DNA of 16,586 nucleotides, from contig JBEQAF010000030.1 in the NCBI GenBank assembly GCA_041640455.1, positions 1 through 16,586 on the forward strand. Reading direction: 5' to 3'. The notes under the pieces were generated by a model, which made no database searches, was not told the DNA's origin, and saw only the letters and a program-made list of their open reading frames with translations. Position 1 is the stretch's first letter. Each line of letters starts with the position of its first letter. This DNA comes from a bacterium. Its GTDB lineage: Bacteria; CALINM01. Positions 7,620 to 16,240 of the stretch are shown here, in pieces. Position numbers and translations under genes: made by a program.

Positions 7620-9464
7620 CTATAAAATGCCCAGTTTTTTGATGGTATCTTGACGGGGGATCCCATTTTTATCCCAGCCATGTAAATCATAATACTGGTC
7701 AAGAAGATTTTGAAACTCATTCCTGTCAATATATTCACCCTTTGATGGTCCATCAGGTATGGGTACATCAAAGTAATGATCGGGAAGAGTATCATCTTTT
7801 CTCGAAATTCCCAAATCGGTGATATATTTTCTTTCAAGAGTATATATTCGCTCACCTATGATCTTAAGCTCGTCTGGAGAAATTTTTAAACCCGTTGAAG
7901 CCTCTATAAAATGAGAGATATCATTGTAATCAATGGCATTAATGCTGCTGAACACGCTGGCAAACCTGCAGATACCAGCCGAATCAACCATGGCATTAAA
8001 TATTTCATGCCAGTGCACCATAAGGGCTTTACCAGTGTAATCTTTATAACCATTTCCCACATCACCACCGTAAAAATTTGCCAGAAGCTCCCTCGGATAC
8101 TGAACCACATCAATAGACACACGACTTCTCATATGGCAGCATCCTCTTGAAGCCGTTGCAAGTCCTAAAGCAAAAGACTTAACAGTCCTTTCATCGGTCA
8201 TCTCAATACTTATATTTTTAATATGCATCAGATATTTTTTAGCTTCCTCAGGTAATTTCTCCGCAGCAAAAACTCCATCTGCTGCAATATCTCCAAAACC
8301 TTCTCTCCTTGCTATCTGATAAAGAAGTCTTTCAATGGCTGACACATCCCCCCATTCAAGTCCATAGCCTATCTGTTCTCTTGTAATAATATTCTTTTCA
8401 TAGAGGGTCATAAGCCAGCCGATATAACCGCCAGCTGATATGGTGTCAATCCCCATTCTGTTGCAGATCCCTACCAGATGAAGAACTGCTTCAAGATCAA
8501 GGTTACCAATCTGATTACCAAAGGATGAGACGGAGGCATATTCGGGTCCCTCACCTTTAAGCTTCCCAAATTTTGAGTCCGAATCATACCTGTGCCTGCA
8601 ATGCACAGGACATCCGCTACAGGCAACCATTCCAGTTGCATATCTGTCAAGAGCCTCTGCTTCAAGATTTTCTGCTAATCTGCCAATATGAGTTTTTTGA
8701 TGATATCTGTAGCTGATAAATCCCTTTTCGTTGGCGTAGTGAAGTAAAAGAGGTGATCCAAACCTACCGAGCGCTTTTGCCCAGCCTGTTTTCAATAGCT
8801 TTTCTGTAACTGATTTTAATAGATCTTGCAGCTTAGCAGGATCTGATACAGAATATCCATAAGAGCCGCAGGCTGCTATAGCTTTAAGGTTTTTACTGCC
8901 AAAAACAGCGCCGAGCCCCGTTCTACCCGCCATGCTTTTATATCCTGATGCAATAGATGCAAACCTGACCAGATTCTCTCCAGCAGGTCCTATACAGATA
9001 ATCTTTGCGGAGCTATCCAGCTCCTTTCTAATCTCCTTTTGGGTCTCATAGGTATCAAGCCCCCAGAGCCTTTCTGCATCTCTGAATTCAACCCGAAGAT
9101 CATTGATATAAAGATAAACAGGTTTTGAGCTTTTTCCCTTAATAATAATATGACTTATTCCACAATTTGAGAGCTCAGTCGGAAAATATCCGCCAATATT
9201 AGAATCCCCGAGATAGCCACTTTCTGGAGATTTTGCCGAAATATTCATTCTGCCGAAATAAATTCCATTAAGTAACCCGCAACCTATAATAATTACATTA
9301 TCATCCCCAAGCGGGTTAGTGTTTTTATCAGTCAGTTTTGTAAGGTAATGCATGTTCAATCCACGTCCACCCAGGTACTTCTTACGCAGATCAAGAGGTA
9401 TATCCTCAATATTCCAGCTTTTATCAGTAAGGTCAATGATTAATAGCTTTCTTGAAAGTGGCAT
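7620..9464 (-). CDS. Tungstopterin aldehyde:ferredoxin oxidoreductase (AOR/WOR) family protein
   Basis: YLGGRG, KSPESG..DSNIGG, CIGPAGENLVRFA, GRTGLGAVFGSKNLKAI, CSGCPVHC ([4Fe-4S]), GPEY, GIDTIS, RGCCH, DSAGIC and YYDLHGWD. RBS AAGGAGG. Confidence 0.93.
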   Translation of the reverse strand: MPLSRKLLIIDLTDKSWNIEDIPLDLRKKYLGGRGLNMHYLTKLTDKNTNPLGDDNVIIIGCGLLNGIYFGRMNISAKSPESGYLGDSNIGGYFPTELSNCGISHIIIKGKSSKPVYLYINDLRVEFRDAERLWGLDTYETQKEIRKELDSSAKIICIGPAGENLVRFASIASGYKSMAGRTGLGAVFGSKNLKAIAACGSYGYSVSDPAKLQDLLKSVTEKLLKTGWAKALGRFGSPLLLHYANEKGFISYRYHQKTHIGRLAENLEAEALDRYATGMVACSGCPVHCRHRYDSDSKFGKLKGEGPEYASVSSFGNQIGNLDLEAVLHLVGICNRMGIDTISAGGYIGWLMTLYEKNIITREQIGYGLEWGDVSAIERLLYQIARREGFGDIAADGVFAAEKLPEEAKKYLMHIKNISIEMTDERTVKSFALGLATASRGCCHMRSRVSIDVVQYPRELLANFYGGDVGNGYKDYTGKALMVHWHEIFNAMVDSAGICRFASVFSSINAIDYNDISHFIEASTGLKISPDELKIIGERIYTLERKYITDLGISRKDDTLPDHYFDVPIPDGPSKGEYIDRNEFQNLLDQYYDLHGWDKNGIPRQDTIKKLGIL

Positions 9465-9476
9465 GGAAAACCTCCT

Positions 9477-10346
9477 TTAAAGCTTTTGTTCATAAATTTT
9501 TTTTGCCAGCAGTGAGGCTCCCAGAGCCCCTATTATCTGTGAATCCAGCTCAGATTTAATAGCACTAATGCCAATAATATTCTCAATCCTTTTTACCACA
9601 CCTATATTTTTGCTGATCCCGCCGCTGATAAAAAACTGGGGCTCTACACTTGCTTTCATAAGCAAGGTAGCAGTTCTTTCTGCCATAGCCTTAAGATATG
9701 CAGCGATCACCATATTTTTTGAAAATCCCTTTTTTAGGAGCCTGATAGCTTCAAAACGGGCATATACGACACAAACATTGCTTATTGACTGAGGCTCTTC
9801 GATAATATCAAAGGATCTTTCGCCCATCTCCTCAATGGGCACTTCAAGCAGCTCCGCCATCATCTCTATGCCCTTTCCTGTTCCTGCCGCACATTTGTCA
9901 TTCATTAAAAAATTTTGTACCCTGCCTTCTTCATCGATTTTTATAACCTTGCAGTCCTGTCCGCCCATGTCAAGTATGGTGCGAACATCATGTCCGCCCG
10001 CATAAAGCGCCCCTTTACCATGACAGCTTATCTCTGTAAAATATTTATTTGCAAAAGGGACATGAACCCTGCCGTAACCGGTACTAACTATGTATCTGCA
10101 ATCATTAATGCCTATGCCTGTCTCTTCGGTTAGCCTGCCAAATGCTCGCTCTGCACTTATCTCGCTATTATATGATGTTCGGACTATACTGTAGGCAAAG
10201 ATCTGTCCGTCAACCAGTATTAATGCTTTGGAGCTTACTGAACCGATATCAATGCCGCATGTGACAAGCTTTCCATTACGGAAGTTCAGATCCTTATTAA
10301 TAAATATCTGTTCTTTCCAGTTAAAGGCATCAAAGGAGATTGACAT
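9477..10346 (-). CDS. BadF/BadG/BcrA/BcrD-family ATPase (activase), BzdQ/BcrA-like
   Basis: GIDIGSVSSK, STGYGR, TEISCHGKGA, ILDMGGQDCK, FLMNDKCAAGTG, SNVCVVYA and GGISKN. Start re-called to ATG 10346 (MSISFDAFNW), 1 nt after the upstream stop. The ORF-track start at 10427 overlaps the upstream gene. Confidence 0.88.
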   Translation of the reverse strand: MSISFDAFNWKEQIFINKDLNFRNGKLVTCGIDIGSVSSKALILVDGQIFAYSIVRTSYNSEISAERAFGRLTEETGIGINDCRYIVSTGYGRVHVPFANKYFTEISCHGKGALYAGGHDVRTILDMGGQDCKVIKIDEEGRVQNFLMNDKCAAGTGKGIEMMAELLEVPIEEMGERSFDIIEEPQSISNVCVVYARFEAIRLLKKGFSKNMVIAAYLKAMAERTATLLMKASVEPQFFISGGISKNIGVVKRIENIIGISAIKSELDSQIIGALGASLLAKKIYEQKL

Positions 10347-10347
10347 A

Positions 10348-11121
10348 TCAGCGATCACCATCCATATAAAGTAAAAAAGCTCCATAGGCAGGCACAAACT
10401 CTGGAAATGCTGGAATAAATATATCATCTAAATGCAGAATGTTTTTTACTGAAGCCACAAATCCGAAGTTATAAGCCATCCCGCCGACAATGGCAAGCTT
10501 CTCCTCCAGGCCGGCTCTTCTGACCAGCGTAGCTGTTTTGTTTGCGAGTGACTCATTGACCGCCGCAGCAATATCTCTTCTGTCCACACCTGAATGAATT
10601 AGAGAGATCGCTTCTGACTCAGCAAAAACTACACATTGAGAAGAGATAGAGATTTTCTTGTCTTCAGCTGGCAAGGCGCTCGAAAACTCTTCTAAGGTCA
10701 TGTTAAGAGATATTGCCAGAGATTCTGCAAAGGAGCCTGCTCCGGTTGCACATCTTTCATTTAACAGGCTCTCAATAATATGTCCTGATTCATTGATCTT
10801 AATAACCCTTGATGATTCAAAACCAATGTCAATAATTGTTCTAACCTGAGGGTTAATTTGATTTAGTGCCCTTGCAACAGCCTTAGAATCAGAAAAATGT
10901 AAATTTGGGTAACCAATAAACTCTGGATAGGATCCCGTAGCTATTACCTGATTAATCTGAACAAATGTTAAACCATGCCGGGCTAAAAGTTCATTAACAT
11001 GTTTTTCAATATCTGAACTACTATAGGAGGTTAAAAACTTTTTTCTCCCCAGAACATCAATGTTTCTAAAAAGAATAAGTTTGGTATAACGAGCACCTGA
11101 ATCAACAGAAAGATAATACAT
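10348..11121 (-). CDS. BadF/BadG/BcrA/BcrD-family ATPase (activase), BzdP/BcrD-like, divergent
   Basis: VDSGARYTK, ATG, IIDIGFESSR, NERCATGAGSF, SQCVVFAESE and VGGMAYN. Both [4Fe-4S]-ligating cysteines are present. Confidence 0.85.
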   Translation of the reverse strand: MYYLSVDSGARYTKLILFRNIDVLGRKKFLTSYSSSDIEKHVNELLARHGLTFVQINQVIATGSYPEFIGYPNLHFSDSKAVARALNQINPQVRTIIDIGFESSRVIKINESGHIIESLLNERCATGAGSFAESLAISLNMTLEEFSSALPAEDKKISISSQCVVFAESEAISLIHSGVDRRDIAAAVNESLANKTATLVRRAGLEEKLAIVGGMAYNFGFVASVKNILHLDDIFIPAFPEFVPAYGAFLLYMDGDR

Positions 11122-11124
11122 CTC

Positions 11125-11943
11125 CTATCCTGTTTGAGCCCTTTTGATAACTCTTTTCTCCTCAGGAATAGGATCGGGTGCCTTTTCTCCCGAGAGCTTT
11201 TTTACTGCGCTGAACTTTGAAGGACAGACAGCGAAGCAGGTACCACAGCGGATACATTTTTCCTGAATGATGATATGTATTTTGTTTTTTCCCCCATCTA
11301 TAGCATCAACGGGACATCTCTGGGCACAAAGTGTGCAGGCAGCGCATCTTTCGGGGTCAATCCAGTATACTGGCGGTTCATTAATTAACCTTTGAACCTC
11401 TTCAAGAGTAAAAAGCCCGTCCCATTGAGACTCGTCTGATATTTTCTGAAGAAGTTTATCTCTTGTGGCAATCTTAAGGTAGGGGACAAGCTCCAGAATA
11501 TAAGAAAGTTTATGATAAAGCTCATCGCTGTCTATCTGTTCAATCTCTCCAATGGGACCAATATCTCTGATGGTTTTTATAAATTCTGAAACGGTCTCGG
11601 CAAAATGCTGTCCCTCGCTTGAAGAGAGAAAATCAATCTTAAGCCTCTCTTTTTTTATGCCAATATGTTCCATAATTCTTTTAAAAAGAAGAGAAATATT
11701 AAGAGCGTAAAAATTTCCCTGAGTTGTATAGTTACACTCGTTAAGCTTACATCCAGCAATATAGACCCCATCTGCTCCTTCAAGAAAGGCTTTTACAATG
11801 AAGGCAAGGTCTATTCTGCCTGTGCACATTACTCTAATAAGTCTTATGTCTGTTGGGTATTGTAGTCTGGAAACTCCAGCTAAATCAGCCGCTCCGTACC
11901 CTCACCAGTAACAGACAAAGCCAACAACCTTTGGCTTAAACAT
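11125..11943 (-). CDS. Selenocysteine-containing MvhD/FlpD-family Fe-S subunit (BamF-like) with a C-terminal 2x[4Fe-4S] ferredoxin domain, 272 aa
   Basis: RBS AGGAGG then ATG 11943: MFKPKVVGFVCYW-U(TGA 11904-11902)-GYGAADLAGVSRLQYPTDIRLIRVMCTGR, in frame with the 234-aa ORF. MvhD motifs CxWC, MCTGR and GCxxxxC, and two CxxCxxCxxxCP motifs. Confidence 0.92.
11863..11882 (-). promoter_or_regulatory. Candidate bacterial SECIS element for mvhD U14
   Basis: At +20 to +39 after the UGA: TAG-CTGG-AGTTT-CCAG-A-CTA hairpin with a G in the apical loop. Confidence 0.55.
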
Positions 11944-11955
11944 TATACCTCCTGT

Positions 11956-14900
11956 TTATACTGCTTTTTTAAATCTTAATCCCTTTTTTCCTTTAAGCGC
12001 TTCTTCAAGCTCAGAGTCGATCTGTTCATCTTTAAAGTGCTTTAACTGAATAGCACTTGTAGGGCAGAGTGCGTTGCAAAGCCCATCCCCTTTGCAGAGA
12101 ACAGGATTGACTATAGCTTTTAACCCCTTTTGTGTTTTTTTAAGTTCAATGGCGCCGTAAGTGCATGCAGCAGCACAGGCTCCACAGCCTATACATTTTT
12201 TCTCATCTACCTCACAGATGGAGCCAGATGCAGAAACACTGTCCGCGGATAGCAGAGCAGATGCCCTTCCAGCAGCAGCAAGCCCCTGAGATACAGACTC
12301 GCTGATTGTCTTTGGATAATGAGCCGTACCTGCCAGATATATACCATCAGTTCCAAAATCAACAGGTCTCAATTTTACGTGAGCTTCCTTAAAAAATCCG
12401 TCTATACTCAGGGAAATCTTAAATAACTGAGCAAGGAAGTTATTATCTTCATTGGGTATTACCGCTGCGGCTAAGGAAAGAAAATCTGCCTGAAGCTCAA
12501 TGTTCTTCTGGAGTATTTCATCAAATAGAGTAATATTAACTACCTTTTTTCCAGAAATAACCTTTTCTTCTACTACAGGCGCATTGTCAGGTTCAAACCT
12601 TATAAATCTAACCTCCTTTTCAGCGGCAACCCTGTAATAATCCTCATAAAACCCATAGGTTCTCATATCTCTGAACAGTATAAAGATATCCATATCTCTT
12701 TTTAACTCTTTTAATTTCAGTGCGATTTTAATAGACTGGGAGCAGCAGATTTTAGCACAATAGCTTCTCTCTTGATTTCTGCAGCCAACGCACTGAATAA
12801 AACATACACTTTCGGCATTTAAAATATCACTGTCTCTATTAAAAATTTTTCTTTCTAACTCAAGGTTTGTCAAAACGAGCGGAGAGCTACCGTAAAGGTA
12901 TTCTTTGGGTTTATATTCCTGAGCTCCTGTAGCAATGATTATAGCTCCATGTTTTATCTCATAGGTTTTTCCCCTGCTTTCCACTTTTGTTGTAAAATTG
13001 CCAACATAGCCTGTAGAATCAAGAATTTTTGCCTCTTCAATTACATGAATAAGCGGGTTCTTATAAACTTCGGAGATCAGAGAAGTTAGATAGTCCTGAA
13101 TTTCAGTGCCGTTTAGTGAAAAATAAATATTTTTTGCCATCCCACCCAGTCCTTTGTCTTTCTCGATCAGATACACCTCAAATCCCTGATTGGCAATATT
13201 TAATGCTGAGGTCATGCCCGAAATCCCACCACCAATTACTACAGCCCTTTTATCAATAGGAAGAAATATTTCGGAAAGAGGCTCTAACCTTAAAACTCTT
13301 GCAACTGACTTTCTAACAAGATCTTTAGCCTTTTTTGTGGCTTCGTCTTTTTCTTTTGAGTGTACCCAGGAACATTGTTCTCTAATATTAGCCATATCAA
13401 GAAGATACTGGTTAATTCCTGCTTCTCTTAATGAATCCCTGAATGTAGGTTCATGGGTTCTTGGCGTGCATGCAGCTACCACAATTCTGTTAAGATTATG
13501 GGTTTTTATTGCATCGGCAATCTCTCTGGCTGAACTGGTTGAACAGGAAAAAAGCTGGGTTTGAACATAGTTTACATTGGGCAAAGTTTTAGCATATTCC
13601 GCCACTTCATTTATATTAACCACTCTCCCAATATTGGCTCCGCAGGCGCAAACAAATACACCTACTCTCGGTGTCTCCTGACTGACGTTCTTTTCAAGCG
13701 GATAGACCCTCCTGGTGGAAAGCTTGTTTCTTCTTGCCTTTAACAGCTCTTTTGCCTTTGATGCGGCTGCGCTTGCTGTAACTACAGCTTCAGGTATATC
13801 CATTGGTGAGATAAAGGCACTACTTACATAGATACCCTTCTTACCTGTTTCTGTAATATATACTGGATCTGTTTCACAGAACTTATGCCTGTTTAGACTG
13901 ATACCGAGCTTCTGAGCCAGCATCTCCGCATCTTTTGGAGGCGCCATCCCTACAGACAGAATAACCATATCAAACTCTTCCTCAATAACTCCTCTGTCAG
14001 GTGTTGAGTATCTAATAGATATCCTTCCTGTTTCTTTATCCTCCTTTACTACCGACACATAACTTCTTATAAATCTTACATCTGAGAGGCTCTTAGTCCG
14101 CTGGTAATATCTTTCAAAGTCTTTTCCAAAGGCTCTTATATCATTATGAAAAACAGTGCAACTTGCATCGCTTATATGATCCTTTGTAAGAATTACCTGT
14201 TTCTGAGTATAAGTACAGCAGACTGATGAACAGTAACTGTTACCTCCTTTAATTACCTGTCTGGAACCTATGCACTGAATCCACGCTATCCTGTGAGGAT
14301 GTTTCAGATCGGAAGGTCTTTTTATCTCACCCTCGTAGGGACCTGTAGAGCTTAATATCCTTTCATAGTCCATACTTGTAATCACATTTTTAAACCTTCT
14401 GTAACCATACTCTTTAAGCAAGCTCGCATCAAAAGGCTCATATCCTGTTGATAATATTAAAGCACCGACTTTAATCTGTTCCTTCTCAGCCTTCTGGTTA
14501 AAGTCAATAGCCTTGTTTTCGCATACATTTTCACAGATACGGCATTTTTTTTCCTTAAGGTAAATACACTCTTTATCAATGTAAGCAATTAGAGGTATGG
14601 CTTGAGCAAAATGCACATGAATAGCCTTGTTTTTGGAAAGGTCAAGGTTAAACACATCAGGTATCTTTACTGGACAGTACTCGGTACAGATGGCACAGCC
14701 TGTGCATTTCTCCTGAATTACATACCTCGGCTTCTTTACTACTGTAACTATAAAGTCACCAGTTTCCCCTTCTACACTTTCTATTTCCGTGTAGCTATAA
14801 ACCTTTATATTGGGATGCCGGCCGACCTCGACCAGCTTGGGCGACAGTATTCAGATGGAGCACTCATTGGTGGGGAATGTCTTGTCAAGCATTGCCATAT

Positions 14901-15072
14901 GACCGCCTATAGAGGGCTCCTTCTCCACCAGATAAACCTTGAAGCCGCTATTGGCGAGGTCTAATGCTGCCTGAAGTCCAGATATGCCGCCACCTACTAC
15001 CATCACGTCACCAAAATTTTTCTCTCCCAAAACAAGTTTTAAATAATCTTTACTGCTGAAAGCCTTTGTCAT
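11956..15072 (-). CDS. hdrA: Selenocysteine-containing heterodisulfide reductase subunit A-like polyferredoxin flavoprotein (BamE-like), 1038 aa
   Basis: The ORFs 14851-15072 and 11956-14655 are in the same frame, separated only by TGA 14853-14851: [28 protein letters not shown]...[13 protein letters not shown]... The UGA replaces the second Cys of the HdrA motif CSxCIL. Two GGGISG FAD motifs, two CxGxR..YCxxxCC motifs and ferredoxin motifs. RBS AAGGAG. Confidence 0.93.
14817..14836 (-). promoter_or_regulatory. Bacterial SECIS element for hdrA U74
   Basis: At +15 to +34 after the UGA: GCTGGTCG-AGGT-CGGCCGGC, an 8-bp stem (two G-U pairs) with loop Gs at +24/+25. It is a conspicuous GC-rich codon patch in an AT-rich gene. 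Confidence 0.8.
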
Positions 15073-15086
15073 TTAGCAAAGCTCCT

Positions 15087-16238
15087 TTAAATAAGCTCCG
15101 AAACAAGCTCTGTTATATCCATTATCTCTATCTTATCTTCCAGATTCATTACAACCCTCGTATCCTCAAAGTTTGTGATACAGTATGGACAAGCCGTAAC
15201 AAGCACCTCTGCGCCTGCATCCAGCGCCTGCTTCATCCTTATATTTGAAAACCTCTCTTCCTTATGGGTCTCCATCCAGACCCTTCCTCCACCCATGCCA
15301 CAGCAAAGGGCATCTTCTCTCTCTTCTTCCATGGTTAAAAGCTGTAGCCCCTTTATGGATTTTAATACTTCCCTCGGCTCATCATAAATGCCAAGATGTC
15401 TCCCCAGATAACAGGGGTCGTGGTATACCACCTTTTTTGGAAACTCCTTCTCAGTCTTCAGCAGCCCCTTTTTAAGAAGTTGAAAAAGCAGCTCTACCAC
15501 ATGAATGACCTCAAAATTTACTTTGTAAGAACTGTATTCATTTTTATAGGTATAATAGCAGTGAGGGGAAGATACAAGAATATTTTTAACCTCACTATCA
15601 ATAAAGTTTTTTATATTATCTTTTGAAAGCCTTTTAAAAAGCTCCTCATTTCCGGTCTTTCTTATACTTTCTCCGCAACAGTTTTCTTTTTCACCAATAA
15701 TCCCAAAATCTATGTTAAAACGTTTGAGTATCTTAGTAGTTGCCCTTGCAGTTCTTTTAAGTCTCGGATCATAGTTTAGATAGCAGCAGGGAGAATAAAG
15801 ATAGTCTGTATGCTCAGTATATTCTGGTAGATTTAAATCGGCACTCCAGCTGTATCTCTTACTTCTATCCTCACCGAATGGATTTCCCGTTTGTTTTAAA
15901 TTGGAGCTAATTGTTCTTATAGATTTAGCAGTGTCAGAAAACACATTATATGTGGTTGCAATTCTTCTGACCGCCACAATATCCTCTATCTGTCTCACAT
16001 CTCTCGGACATCGCTGCGGGCATTTACCACAGGTTGTGCAGAGCCAGATATCATCTTTTTCAATCTCGCTTAGACCAAAATTTGCCTCTCTTACAAGCCT
16101 TCTCATACTGAAGCTTCTAACCCTGTTCCAAGGGCAGGTAGTATCACATTTCCCGCACTGGTAGCAGTATTTTGTAGCCTCGCCACCAGCCTCCCTTATC
16201 TCTTCAATAACTTCTTTAAAGGGTGTTACGGTTTCCAT
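15087..16238 (-). CDS. bamD: HdrC/HdrD-like Fe-S oxidoreductase with CCG domains (BamD-like)
   Basis: CYQCGKCDTTCP, WLCTTCGKCPQRCP, ENCCGES, YHDPCYLGR, CCGMGGG and TACPYC. It lies between the bamC-like and hdrA genes. Confidence 0.82.
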   Translation of the reverse strand: METVTPFKEVIEEIREAGGEATKYCYQCGKCDTTCPWNRVRSFSMRRLVREANFGLSEIEKDDIWLCTTCGKCPQRCPRDVRQIEDIVAVRRIATTYNVFSDTAKSIRTISSNLKQTGNPFGEDRSKRYSWSADLNLPEYTEHTDYLYSPCCYLNYDPRLKRTARATTKILKRFNIDFGIIGEKENCCGESIRKTGNEELFKRLSKDNIKNFIDSEVKNILVSSPHCYYTYKNEYSSYKVNFEVIHVVELLFQLLKKGLLKTEKEFPKKVVYHDPCYLGRHLGIYDEPREVLKSIKGLQLLTMEEEREDALCCGMGGGRVWMETHKEERFSNIRMKQALDAGAEVLVTACPYCITNFEDTRVVMNLEDKIEIMDITELVSELI

Positions 16239-16240
16239 CT

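Noticed and set aside
7620..9464. Calling this gene bamB
   Set aside because: The motifs look like generic AOR (GPEY, RGxCH). bamB normally precedes bamC, which would place it outside the window.
10348..10350. TGA stops of the BzdP-like gene (and of mtnP at 1044-1046) as further Sec codons
   Set aside because: Both fall at natural C-termini, not at conserved Cys positions, and the next gene begins or ends immediately after.
10347..10427. ORF-track N-terminal extension of the BzdQ-like gene
   Set aside because: It overlaps the upstream gene by 80 nt and has no family-like sequence. ATG 10346, directly after the upstream stop, is more plausible.
14851..15072. 73-aa ORF as a separate gene, or hdrA as a pseudogene
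   Set aside because: It is in the same frame as the downstream ORF, the only interruption is a TGA at a conserved Cys, and a SECIS-like hairpin follows. Sec recoding explains it better.
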